DNA of 39,342 bases, taken from contig CAYMGP010000035.1 in assembly GCA_964390045.1 (NCBI GenBank), positions 1-39,342 on the forward strand, read 5' to 3'. The position numbers and the translations under genes were made by a program. Positions 26,960 through 36,468 of the stretch are shown here, piece by piece. Each line of letters starts with the position of its first letter. The stretch's first letter is position 1. The notes beneath the pieces are model-generated. The model worked only from the letters and a program-made list of their open reading frames with translations. It searched no databases and was not told the DNA's origin. Source of the DNA: an uncultured Spirochaetaceae bacterium. GTDB lineage: Bacteria > Spirochaetota > Spirochaetia > SZUA-6 > DRHE01.

Positions 26960-29900
26960 ATGAAGCAGATCGCTATTGCAGCTCTTGTTTTTATTGCAGC
27001 GGCTTTCTGGGCGTTCGGACTTGGCGATCCCGAGGCGGGAGAATACGAAGCAGTCAACGGCTTGGAGAACTGGGACCACAGCATCGATATATCCGAATAC
27101 GAGGAGGGGAAGTACAACCTGATCATCCGCGGCACCGATGCGGCGGGAAACATCCAATACCAGGGTCCGTACAACGTATTCGTGGATCCGGCATCCGACC
27201 TGCCCGTGCTGCGTATTTCCAATCCGACGCCTGAAATGAGGGTGGGCGGCAGCCTCAATATAGTTGGCGCGAGCATCGATGACGACGGTGTACAAAGGGT
27301 TGAGATCCAGCTCGATGAGGGCGAGACCCGCACCGCGGAGGGCGCGGAGTTTTGGTCCCTTCGTCTCGATCTGGAGGGAATGGCCGACGGACGGCATACG
27401 ATCCGGGCCTGGGCGGTGGACGTCAACGGCAACGCCGGGGAGCCTCAGGAGGTCGCATTTCATCTCGACAGGCGGGCACCGCTGGTCGAGGTCGTCTCTC
27501 ACCAGAACAGCGCCCTGGTTTCCGGGACGGTTGTTCTCGAGGGTTACTTGCGCGACGCCAACGGCGTGAGCTCTCTGGCTTACAGCAGGCAGCGAGACGG
27601 TGCCTACGAGCCTCTCAAGATCTCCTACGATAAATCCGAGAAGCGATACAGCTTTGATTTGAAGATAGACACGGAAGAGCTGGTGGACGGTCCGCAAGTT
27701 TTCTGGTTTCGGGCCCAGGATACGACGGGATCAACAGCCTACCTGGCTTTCGCTCTGTTTGTAAACAATGAGAAGCCGCAGCTCGAGATCCTCTCACCGC
27801 AACAGGATAAAACCGTGAACGGCAGGATTCTGGTAGTGGGCAGGGCCCGCGACAGAATCGGCCTGAAATCCCTTTCCTACGATCTGGGTGGCGGGGAGAG
27901 CGGGGAGATCGAGCTGGTGCCTGGGAATCCTTTCTGGACCCAGGAGTTCGATTTGACGGGACGAAAGGCAGGAAACCTGCAGATAGCCTTCTCTTTAGAA
28001 AATCTGACAGGAGGAAGGAGCAACGAGAAACTCAAAGTCCGTCTGGATCCCGAATCGGACAGGCCGCGGGTTCTTTTCGCCGCACCGAAGCAGGACAGTG
28101 TTCAACCCGCGTCGTTCGAGGCCAGCGGCCACGTTCTCGATGACGACGGTGTACAGAGCATAGAAATCTCATTGGATGGATCAAATCCCAAGACAGTCTC
28201 TACAGAGGGTGCTTTCAGCGTCCCCTTTTCCGAGATCCCGGCGGGTCGCCATACTCTGATGGCTCGCGCAGTGGATATCCACGGGACGGCGGGCGAAGCG
28301 GCGGAACTCCAGTTCACAGTACGAGGAGAAAAACCTGTTATCGCCTTGACGGAGGTGAAAATCGCCGACGCCACGCACTCTTTTACCCCCGGTTTTCTCA
28401 TCGCTGCCGAACAAAAAGCAGCGCTCAGCGGCGAGATACGCTTTGCCGGGACCTCGATCAAGGCGGAGTACAGCCTGGGCGGCCGCGATTTCAAAGGATT
28501 GAGCCTGCGTAAGGCGGCGGAGGCGGACAGAAGGACTTTCGAAATCCCCCTGCCCAAGGATTTCGCTCCCGGCAGAGTCGATGTCCACATCCGTGCCACG
28601 GACGGCGTCGATGCGGCAGGAGAGTACAAAGGATTTGTTTTTCTGGGAAGCATCGAGGAGGCGCCCGCCGAGGTGATGTTCGTCGATGCCCGGATCGATG
28701 AGGAGGGCAGGGTTGCGCTGGACAGCGGACAGCCTCTGATCGGTTTCGTCCCCGGTTCGGTTGGCTCGGTCACGATCGAGCCGGAAACGGACCTGCTCCG
28801 GGTGAGTGCAGAAGGCTCGCTGGTGCGTATCGATGCGGTCAAGCCCGGGGTGAGCGAGCCCTTGAAGGTAAAGGCTGAGATCGGAAGTACCACGGTGAGC
28901 TCGGCGGCTCTGCGCTTCGTTACCGATGGTGAGCCTCCCGCAATGCAGGTCGCCCAGCCGGTAGTTGGATCTTGGTTGGGACAGAGCATGGTGCTCGAGG
29001 GAACGGTGAGCGATGCCAGCGGCGTTCGCAGCCTCGAATACACGCTCGGAGAAGATGAGTCTTTTACGGCGCTCGAGTTGAGCGCAACCGAGCCGGCAAC
29101 CAGCTTCTCAACGACAATTTCGTTGGGAGCGGTGGCTGAAGGGGCGTTTCTGTTCGTGTTAAGAGCCGTCGATCAGGCGGGCAATACAGCTATTGAGCGT
29201 ATACCCCTGTACAAAGACATCACCCGGCCGCTGCTGACCCTCGTCGCTCCGGGGACCGAGGATGAGCTCAATGGGTTGATTACTCTCGTCGGACAGGTAG
29301 AGGAGGAGGGAAGAATCGCAGCGGTGGAGTACAGCGAGGACGGCAGTACGTACAACAAGATTGCTGCATCCGGCGATTTTCACTTTGACATCAATCTGTC
29401 TCGATTCGAGTCCTTTCCGGAAAGCTTCGAGCTGCGCGCCGTGGACGCGGCGGGCAATGTCGGTACCCTGGTTCCGGCGCTTACCGTGAACAGAGAGGCT
29501 GACAAGCCGGTAGTCGAAATACAGATTCCCGGGGACGGTGAGGTGATCAAAAACGATTTTTTCATATCCGGAATGGTTTTTGACGACGATCAGGTCGCCG
29601 GGATTTCCTACAGCCTGGACGGCGGCGAGTTTCAGGACCTGCCGCCCGGCAACAACTTCACGGTCCCCCTTTCCATCGAGAGCATCAGCGACAATGAGCA
29701 TGTCATCGAGGTACGGGCCCAGGATAGCGGCGGACTTGCCGGCGATGTAGTATCCTCGACCTTCCTTGTCTCGACCTCGGAGCCCGAATCCACCCTGCTC
29801 AGCCCGGGCATCGACCAGCATGTCCGCGGCGTGATAGAGCTTTCAGGAGAGAGCGAAGATCCAAACGGTATCGATACAGTTTTTATATCCTTCGACAATG

Positions 29901-31612
29901 GGCACAGCTTTCAGCTCGCCGAGGGAGCGGAGCAGTGGCGCTACCGGCTGGACACCCGGCTGTTGGCGGACGGCACTCATGCTCTACTCATAAAAGCAGT
30001 TGACAACACAGGCACCGAAGGACTTTTTTCTTCGACGATAAACACAGACAACCAAGCTCCGCAGATCATCGTAGATACACCCTCCGACGGAGAGGTTTTC
30101 ACAGAGAGCCTGCATCTCGACGGACGATCCACGGACAATATAGCTCTCATGTCTCTCACGGCTAGGTTGATGCTGGCAATCACGGCTTCCGAGCTCGGCG
30201 GGGATATACGGGAGTACGATCTCTCTACAGAGGGAATCATCAACAGAGAGCTGGACATCGCAGAGCTTGCCGGCGGATGGTACAATCTCAACCTGGCGGC
30301 GCTGGATGCAGCGGGCAACGAGAGCTATGTTTCCCGAAACATCCTGATACAGCAGAGCCCGGATGTCGAAAGGGTAGATCTGATGTTCCCGACCCCCGGC
30401 GAGACGCTGGCAGGCACCTTTTCTGTCAGCGGTCGCGTCGTGTCCGAGGAAACGACGCCCAGCGTGCTCGTGCTGCTCGACGGCACGATGCTCGATTCGG
30501 CGCCGGTCAATGAAAACGGATTTTTCTCTCTGGATCTCGGACCGGAATCAGTAGAACAGGGACTGCATACGCTGCAGGTGCAGGTGCCGCGGTCGCAAAG
30601 CTTTGCGCTCGTTTCAGAGGAACAAACGATACTGTACAGGCGTAGCGGTTCGTGGGTACAGATCACCAGCGCGGCGGGTGGAGATTTTATTAGCGGGCGG
30701 CCGCTGCTGGAAGGCCGGGCAGGGTACTTCCTCGATCCCGTGGATTCTGAAGACGGTGAGGAGCTCAAAGCACACAAGCGCGAGCTCGTTGAGCATGCCG
30801 TGAAAAGAGTCGAAGTAAGCTTCGACAACGGCAAAACATTTCAACGGGCCGACGGCAAAGAATCGTGGCGCTTCCGTGTGGAGACGCAGCAGCTGGAGAA
30901 CGGCTCCCTCGGGGTGCTGGTAAAAGCGTCGTTTGCCGACGGAGCCAGCGCCGTGACCAGGACGCAGCTTCAGGTGGATACCGAAGAGCCCAAGATCGTT
31001 CTACTCAGCCCCAGAGAAGGGGAGCGATTCAATGAGGAAATTCAGCTGCGGGGCACGGCCGACGATGATGAAACAGGGCTGCAGAGCGTAGAGATCAGTC
31101 TCAGGGAGGGAGACAAAAGCCGCTACGGCGTGCCGAAATTCATCCAGGGATTGTATCTCGACATCCATGCCATGGGCGCCACCTACGCCGACGTCGGTTT
31201 GGGGCTGACCTTTTTCGACGACAATGTAAAGCTACAGTTTCAAACGGGCATATCCCCTCCCGGACGGTTTTCCGGACTGGTAATAGGCGCCAAGTTGCTG
31301 GCAAATATAGCCTCCGTGCCGTTCGGCTATTTTTTCGGGCCCTCGTGGGATTTCTTTTCCATGTCGTTCGCCCTGGGCGCCGACTTTTCTTATTTCACTA
31401 TGTCCGGCGACAGCATCGCCTTCACTGGAGACGGTCTGGTTCTGGCCGCGGTGTTGGCACAGCTCGAGTTTGCCCGTTTCGAGCTTCGAGACTGGCGTTT
31501 CTTCGGAAGCTATTCGCTTTACAGCGAGATCCAGCTCTGGTTTATCTCCTCCGATGTGGAGGCTGGCCTGGCTCCGCGCCTCAGCTTCGGTTTCCGCATG
31601 GGCTTGTTATAG
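26960..31612 (+). CDS. Giant (1550 aa) secreted Ig-like-repeat protein, paralogous to the upstream gene, with a C-terminal beta-rich putative membrane-anchor domain
   Basis: RBS taGGAGGcagg. Signal peptide. At least 10 repeats of the G.a.DDDGVq.vEi.lDgG type. The last approximately 170 aa show an alternating hydrophobic pattern ending in FGFRMGLL. Confidence 0.6.
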   Translation: MKQIAIAALVFIAAAFWAFGLGDPEAGEYEAVNGLENWDHSIDISEYEEGKYNLIIRGTDAAGNIQYQGPYNVFVDPASDLPVLRISNPTPEMRVGGSLNIVGASIDDDGVQRVEIQLDEGETRTAEGAEFWSLRLDLEGMADGRHTIRAWAVDVNGNAGEPQEVAFHLDRRAPLVEVVSHQNSALVSGTVVLEGYLRDANGVSSLAYSRQRDGAYEPLKISYDKSEKRYSFDLKIDTEELVDGPQVFWFRAQDTTGSTAYLAFALFVNNEKPQLEILSPQQDKTVNGRILVVGRARDRIGLKSLSYDLGGGESGEIELVPGNPFWTQEFDLTGRKAGNLQIAFSLENLTGGRSNEKLKVRLDPESDRPRVLFAAPKQDSVQPASFEASGHVLDDDGVQSIEISLDGSNPKTVSTEGAFSVPFSEIPAGRHTLMARAVDIHGTAGEAAELQFTVRGEKPVIALTEVKIADATHSFTPGFLIAAEQKAALSGEIRFAGTSIKAEYSLGGRDFKGLSLRKAAEADRRTFEIPLPKDFAPGRVDVHIRATDGVDAAGEYKGFVFLGSIEEAPAEVMFVDARIDEEGRVALDSGQPLIGFVPGSVGSVTIEPETDLLRVSAEGSLVRIDAVKPGVSEPLKVKAEIGSTTVSSAALRFVTDGEPPAMQVAQPVVGSWLGQSMVLEGTVSDASGVRSLEYTLGEDESFTALELSATEPATSFSTTISLGAVAEGAFLFVLRAVDQAGNTAIERIPLYKDITRPLLTLVAPGTEDELNGLITLVGQVEEEGRIAAVEYSEDGSTYNKIAASGDFHFDINLSRFESFPESFELRAVDAAGNVGTLVPALTVNREADKPVVEIQIPGDGEVIKNDFFISGMVFDDDQVAGISYSLDGGEFQDLPPGNNFTVPLSIESISDNEHVIEVRAQDSGGLAGDVVSSTFLVSTSEPESTLLSPGIDQHVRGVIELSGESEDPNGIDTVFISFDNGHSFQLAEGAEQWRYRLDTRLLADGTHALLIKAVDNTGTEGLFSSTINTDNQAPQIIVDTPSDGEVFTESLHLDGRSTDNIALMSLTARLMLAITASELGGDIREYDLSTEGIINRELDIAELAGGWYNLNLAALDAAGNESYVSRNILIQQSPDVERVDLMFPTPGETLAGTFSVSGRVVSEETTPSVLVLLDGTMLDSAPVNENGFFSLDLGPESVEQGLHTLQVQVPRSQSFALVSEEQTILYRRSGSWVQITSAAGGDFISGRPLLEGRAGYFLDPVDSEDGEELKAHKRELVEHAVKRVEVSFDNGKTFQRADGKESWRFRVETQQLENGSLGVLVKASFADGASAVTRTQLQVDTEEPKIVLLSPREGERFNEEIQLRGTADDDETGLQSVEISLREGDKSRYGVPKFIQGLYLDIHAMGATYADVGLGLTFFDDNVKLQFQTGISPPGRFSGLVIGAKLLANIASVPFGYFFGPSWDFFSMSFALGADFSYFTMSGDSIAFTGDGLVLAAVLAQLEFARFELRDWRFFGSYSLYSEIQLWFISSDVEAGLAPRLSFGFRMGLL

Positions 31613-31631
31613 GACCACAGGCAACGCTATA
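31602..31631 (+). promoter_or_regulatory. Sigma-70-like promoter TTGTTA-N18-TATAAT, overlapping the stop of the upstream giant gene
   Basis: Read directly. It lies about 35 nt upstream of the acylase GTG start. An 8-bp inverted repeat AATCTCCA-N10-TGGAGATT starts inside the -10 box. Confidence 0.35.
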
Positions 31632-31666
31632 ATCTCCAGGCCGTTGATTGGAGATTCCTGAAAGCC

Positions 31667-34156
31667 GTGGTTGTTCTGTACATCCTGGTCGCAGCACTCC
31701 TTTTTTTCTGTCTCTATCTTCTCTACAGGTTCCGCCGTCCCCTGCCCAAGATCAAAGGCAGGCTGGAGATTGCCGGATTGAAACAGACCGTCGAGGTGAT
31801 CCGCGACCGCTGGGGCGTACCCCACATCTATGCCGCCGACCTTCACGACCTTTTCTTCGCGCAAGGCTACGTCCAGGCTCAGGACAGGCTCTGGCAGATG
31901 GAGCTCAACCGCAGGCTGGCCACGGGCAGGCTGAGCGAGATCTTCGGGCAACAAGCCTTCGAGGCGGATCGTTTCGTGCTCACCGTGGGGCTGAAGCGGG
32001 CCGCGGAGAACGACCTGGCCTGCATGTCCCCGGAAAATCGCACACTGCTTGATGCGTATCTGCGGGGTGTTAATGCCTTCATCGCAGCAAACCGGAGCAA
32101 GCTGCCGTTGGAATTCGCGCTGCTGGGCCTCAAACCGGAGCCCTGGCAGCCGATCGAAAGCCTGGCCTGGGTCAGGATGCAGGCCTGGCAGCTGTCGGAG
32201 AATTGGGACACGGAGCTCCTGCACGCCGCGTTGATAGCCAAGCTGGGTCCGGAGAGGGCCGCCGGACTGCACGGATGCTACCCTCGGATCAATCCCGTCA
32301 TCCTGGCCGAGCAGACCGTGATCGAGGCGGCCGAAAGGGTTCTCGAGTCCTTTCGCCATGCTGAGAAATGGTTTCCCGCCTGCGCTCTCCAAGGCATGAG
32401 CAACAGCTGGGCGGTGAGCGGCGAGCGGTCCCGGACGGGAAACGCCCTGTATGCCTACGATCCCCACCTCGGCCTGCACGTGCCTTCGCTCTGGCACGAA
32501 GTGCATCTGGTCTGCCCGCAGTTGCAGGCATCCGGTGCCACTTTTCCCGGTGTGCCCGGTGTGATCGTGGGGCACAACGAGCATATCACCTTCGGCTTCA
32601 CCAATTCATTTGCCGATGTTCAGGATCTTTATCTCGAACGTTTCAACCCGGACAATTCTATCGAGTACAGGGATCGCGGCAAGTGGCGGAAAGCAGAGAT
32701 TATCGTCGAAGAAATCAAGGTCAGGGGCGAGCGGGAGCCGCGCAGGATCGAGGTGGTTGTGACGCGGCACGGACCGGTGATCGGAGGGCTGCACAGCCTC
32801 GGCTCTCAATTCGAGGAAGGCCGCTTCGCCCTGCGCTGGGCCGGGTTCGACGGATTTGATGTCCTCGAAGCCCTGCTGCGCATGGATCGGGCCCGGAACT
32901 GGTCCGAGTTCTGCGCCGCCATGTCTGTTTGGGACACGCCCCCTGCCAGCGCCCTGTACGCCGATAAGGAAGGCAACATCGGCTACACCTTGACGGGTAA
33001 GATTCCTGTGCGCGGAGCGGGCAGCGGACTGGTTCCGGCGCCCGGATGGAGCGACGAGTATGAATGGCAGGGCTGGATTCCCTGGGAGCAGATGCCCAGG
33101 GAGTACAATCCTCAGAGGGGATACCTGGTCACGGCGAACAACCAGGTCGGAGGCCGGGAGTACCCCCACTACATCGGATTGGGAACCTGCAACGGCAACC
33201 GGGCCGCCCGGATCGCAGCCCTGATCGAGGGTAGGGATAAGCTCTCGCTGGAGGATTTCGCCCGTATGCAGGTCGACCTGTACTCAGAGCCGGCCCGGCG
33301 TTTTGCCGCCCTCCTCGATTCACTCGGAGCCGCGATCCTGGGGCAGGAAGTGCTCGCCCCGCTTCGGAACCGGGCAGAGCAGGCCCTCGCCCTGTTCGCC
33401 GGCTGGGACGGGGAAATGACCGCCTCCTCCTCAGCCGCGGCGCTCTATGCCGTTGCCGAGTACTTCTGCAAACGAAGGTTGTTCGAGCCCTGGCTGGGCG
33501 AGTTGACCGATCATTACTGCGGGGTGGGGCTGCACGTGTTCAGCTCGGTTTCCCTGTACAGGGAGTACAGCCACCTGCTGGCCCTCGAGATTCTTGAGAA
33601 TGAAGATCGGCGCTGGCTGGACACACCGGAGGGTGGGAAACGAAGCCGGGAGCAGGTACTGGCCGCGGCCCTGAAGGACGCCATCGTATTTCTCGTTGGT
33701 CGCCTCGGAAAAAATCAGAATAAGTGGAAGTATGGAAGCATACACAAGGCACGGTTCCACCATCCCTTGGGCAGCAGAAAACCGCTGCACCTGATCTTCA
33801 ATCCCAAACCTGTTCCCTATGGCGGCAGCGGGGATACGGTCTGGCAGGGTAAGCCTTTGGTGAAAATCCCTCCCGACAGGGGAGGCAGCTACAGTGCCAG
33901 CTGGCGTCAGCTTATCGATCTCTCCGATTGGGAAAAAGCGCAGGCGATTCATCCCCCCGGGCAGTCTGGCCATCCGGCCAGCCGGCACTACAAGGATTTT
34001 ACGGCTCTCTGGAGCTCGGGCGGATATCACCCCATGCTCTGGGGCAGGGAGCGGGTCGAGTCCGAGGCCGAAGCCAGGCTGCTGCTCGCGCCGGCAGGAA
34101 AGGAAGCGGGGAGAGAGGCAGCAAAGACAAAGCCCGGTTCGAAACGGGACATTTAA
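31667..34156 (+). CDS. Penicillin amidase / acyl-homoserine-lactone acylase family (Ntn-hydrolase, S45), N-terminal membrane anchor
   Basis: Alpha-subunit hallmark GVPHIYA ... DLFFAQGYVQAQDRLWQMEL. Beta-subunit N-terminal nucleophile region GMSNSWAVSGERS. The length is 829 aa. The hydrophobic N-terminus is VVVLYILVAALLFFCLYLLY. Confidence 0.85.
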   Translation: MVVLYILVAALLFFCLYLLYRFRRPLPKIKGRLEIAGLKQTVEVIRDRWGVPHIYAADLHDLFFAQGYVQAQDRLWQMELNRRLATGRLSEIFGQQAFEADRFVLTVGLKRAAENDLACMSPENRTLLDAYLRGVNAFIAANRSKLPLEFALLGLKPEPWQPIESLAWVRMQAWQLSENWDTELLHAALIAKLGPERAAGLHGCYPRINPVILAEQTVIEAAERVLESFRHAEKWFPACALQGMSNSWAVSGERSRTGNALYAYDPHLGLHVPSLWHEVHLVCPQLQASGATFPGVPGVIVGHNEHITFGFTNSFADVQDLYLERFNPDNSIEYRDRGKWRKAEIIVEEIKVRGEREPRRIEVVVTRHGPVIGGLHSLGSQFEEGRFALRWAGFDGFDVLEALLRMDRARNWSEFCAAMSVWDTPPASALYADKEGNIGYTLTGKIPVRGAGSGLVPAPGWSDEYEWQGWIPWEQMPREYNPQRGYLVTANNQVGGREYPHYIGLGTCNGNRAARIAALIEGRDKLSLEDFARMQVDLYSEPARRFAALLDSLGAAILGQEVLAPLRNRAEQALALFAGWDGEMTASSSAAALYAVAEYFCKRRLFEPWLGELTDHYCGVGLHVFSSVSLYREYSHLLALEILENEDRRWLDTPEGGKRSREQVLAAALKDAIVFLVGRLGKNQNKWKYGSIHKARFHHPLGSRKPLHLIFNPKPVPYGGSGDTVWQGKPLVKIPPDRGGSYSASWRQLIDLSDWEKAQAIHPPGQSGHPASRHYKDFTALWSSGGYHPMLWGRERVESEAEARLLLAPAGKEAGREAAKTKPGSKRDI

Positions 34157-34198
34157 AGCAGCTACGCCTGAAAAATCTTTAAAAAACCCTTGCCAGAC

Positions 34199-34253
34199 TT
34201 GTATTATTGTACTATACTTATATTGTATTAGATCATTAGTACAAGTCGTACAA
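34199..34253 (+). promoter_or_regulatory. Cluster of TTGTAYTA repeats (three direct copies plus inverted TAGTACAA/GTACAA) with embedded -10-like TATACT: putative promoter/operator of the GntR operon
   Basis: Read directly: cttgtattattgtactatacttatattgtattagatcattagtacaagtcgtacaa, immediately upstream of the RBS aaggagagg. Confidence 0.4.
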
Positions 34254-34264
34254 GGAGAGGTCTT

Positions 34265-34654
34265 GTGGAACCGGCGCTGCAGTTTTCCCTCGATGCTACC
34301 AACGGGGTACCGTTCTACAAGCAGATCATTCTGCAGGTGGAGATGGCCATCGCCGACGGCCGGATCAGCACGGGAGATCAGCTTCCCACGGTACGCAGCC
34401 TGGCTGTAGACCTGCAGGTCAATCCCAACACTGTAGCCCGGGCCTACAGCGAGCTGGAGATCCGGGGGATCGTCAACACCCAGCAGGGCACCGGTACGTT
34501 TATCAGCGACCACAAGGTTGAGATTTCCGAAGTGGAACGGGAGAAGATCCTGGCAGAGATCACCCGTTCTTTTGTCAGCCACGCCGTTTCCTACGGCTTT
34601 TCCCTGAACGATATCAGCTCCTATCTCAGCGAGCTGGAGAGAGGAGAGAGTTAA
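34265..34654 (+). CDS. GntR-family transcriptional regulator (short YtrA-like subfamily)
   Basis: wHTH region DQLPTVRSLAVDLQVNPNTVARAYSELEIRGIV. The length is 129 aa. GTG start with a strong SD. Confidence 0.8.
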   Translation: MEPALQFSLDATNGVPFYKQIILQVEMAIADGRISTGDQLPTVRSLAVDLQVNPNTVARAYSELEIRGIVNTQQGTGTFISDHKVEISEVEREKILAEITRSFVSHAVSYGFSLNDISSYLSELERGES

Positions 34655-34657
34655 GCC

Positions 34658-35788
34658 ATGTATCGAATCAAAGCCTTTGATAGAATCCGCAATCTTCCCA
34701 AATCGGTATTGCCCCGGGATTTTCGGCTGAGCCCCTTGGCACTGCTGATCCTGGCTCTCTTTCTGGGAGCCGGGGTCTTCTGGCAGGTGACTGTCGGCCT
34801 GACCGTGCCGCCGATCGAGCTGGCCTACATCACCGTAGAGGTGATCATCGGTGCCGTGCTGCTGATGCTGCTTCCTTCCTGGGCGCTGGTTCTGGTTCTT
34901 CTTGTGGGCCTGTGGATCGGTATGTTCGCCCGCTACGGCAGTATCATGTTCCCTTTGACGGTGATGATCTCAGGCGGTTACCTCATCGCCCCGGTATTTC
35001 AACTGGCCCATCACTGGGAGAAAGTGGTAATTCTGCGCCTTGGAAAGTACCACAGGCTGCGGGGGCCGGGAATCTTCCTGATTTTTCCCGTCATCGACCG
35101 GGTGACCCGCTTCGTGGACACCCGTATCCGGGCCACCGACTTCAGCGCTGAGAAGACGATCACCATGGACACGGTGCCGGTCCACGTGGACGCCCTGGCC
35201 TTCTGGATGATCTGGGACGCCACCAAGGCGATCCTTGAGGTGGAAAACTTCCTGGAAGCGGTTGTGCTGTCCGCCCAGACGGCGTTGCGGGATGCCATCG
35301 GCCGCCACGATCTTGCCGACCTTCTGGCCGAACGGGAGAAAATCGGCAAGGAGATCCAGAAGGTCCTGGACCGCAAGACCAATCCCTGGGGCATCACCAT
35401 CCTCTCCATCGAGTTCACCGATATCGTGATCCCCAAGGAGCTGGAGGACGCCATGAGCAAGCGGGCCCAGGCCGAACGGGAGCGCCAGTCCCGGGTCATC
35501 CTGGGTACGGCGGAGATCGAAATCTCAGACAAGTTCGTAGAGGCGGCCAAACGCTACAAGAACGATCCCACGGCCCTGCACCTGCGGGGTATGAACATGA
35601 TTTACGAAGGGATCAAGCAGCGGGGCACCATCGTGCTGCTGCCCTCCGGCGGCCTCGCCTCCATGTCCCTGGGATCGGTTCTGGATGATCTGGCCCAGGG
35701 CAAGCTTGGAGACGCCAAGGCGGCTAATGCAGGTACGGCGGCGCAGAGCTATGAATCAACCACTGAGAGCAAAGGAGAAGAGATATGA
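34658..35788 (+). CDS. SPFH/Band-7 (stomatin-like) protein with an extended multi-TM N-terminus
   Basis: SPFH core (KVVILRLGKYHRLRGPGIFLIFPVIDRV ... TMDTVPVHVDALAFWMI ... ITILSIEFTDIVIPKELEDAMSKRAQAERE). Three to four hydrophobic helices precede it. Confidence 0.8.
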   Translation: MYRIKAFDRIRNLPKSVLPRDFRLSPLALLILALFLGAGVFWQVTVGLTVPPIELAYITVEVIIGAVLLMLLPSWALVLVLLVGLWIGMFARYGSIMFPLTVMISGGYLIAPVFQLAHHWEKVVILRLGKYHRLRGPGIFLIFPVIDRVTRFVDTRIRATDFSAEKTITMDTVPVHVDALAFWMIWDATKAILEVENFLEAVVLSAQTALRDAIGRHDLADLLAEREKIGKEIQKVLDRKTNPWGITILSIEFTDIVIPKELEDAMSKRAQAERERQSRVILGTAEIEISDKFVEAAKRYKNDPTALHLRGMNMIYEGIKQRGTIVLLPSGGLASMSLGSVLDDLAQGKLGDAKAANAGTAAQSYESTTESKGEEI

Positions 35789-36468
35789 TCAAAGTCGAAA
35801 ACGTAACCAAAGACTACAAAGTCGGCCAGAGTGTAGTCCACGCTTTGCGGGGGGTATCCTTAAGCATCGAGAAGGGGGAGTTTCTCTCCATCGCCGGACC
35901 CTCCGGCTCGGGCAAAACGACTCTGCTAAACTTGATCGGCTGTCTGGACAAAGCCACCAGCGGGGAGATCTATATCGTGGGTGAGGCGGTCTCCTCCAAG
36001 AACAAGAAAGAGCTGGCCCTGCTGCGCCGGCAGAGGCTGGGCTTCGTGTTTCAGTCCTTCAATCTCATTCCCGTGCTCACCGCCTACGAGAATGTATCCT
36101 TCGCCCTGTCCCTGCTCGGCATCAACGGTACCGAAATCAAAGAACGGACCTACGCTCTTTTGGAGGAGGTGGGGCTCAAAGGGATGGAAAGCCGGAAGCC
36201 CGGAGAACTTTCCGGTGGACAGCAGCAGCGGGTAGCCGTGGCCCGGGCCCTGATCAAGGAGCCGGACATGGTGCTGGCAGACGAGCCCACGGCCAACCTG
36301 GACTCCGATACGGGTCATGAAATTCTCGACCTGATGATGGCCTTGAACGAGAAACACGGAACCACCTTCGTGTTTTCCACCCACGACCAGATGGTGATGG
36401 ACTACGCCCACAGGCTTGTGAGGCTGCACGACGGCGAGGTAACCAGTGATATGAGGGGGGAGTCATGA
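35785..36468 (+). CDS. ABC transporter ATP-binding protein (MacB/LolD type)
   Basis: Walker [10 protein letters not shown], signature [15 protein letters not shown], Walker [17 protein letters not shown] overlap with the SPFH gene. Confidence 0.9.
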   Translation: MIKVENVTKDYKVGQSVVHALRGVSLSIEKGEFLSIAGPSGSGKTTLLNLIGCLDKATSGEIYIVGEAVSSKNKKELALLRRQRLGFVFQSFNLIPVLTAYENVSFALSLLGINGTEIKERTYALLEEVGLKGMESRKPGELSGGQQQRVAVARALIKEPDMVLADEPTANLDSDTGHEILDLMMALNEKHGTTFVFSTHDQMVMDYAHRLVRLHDGEVTSDMRGES

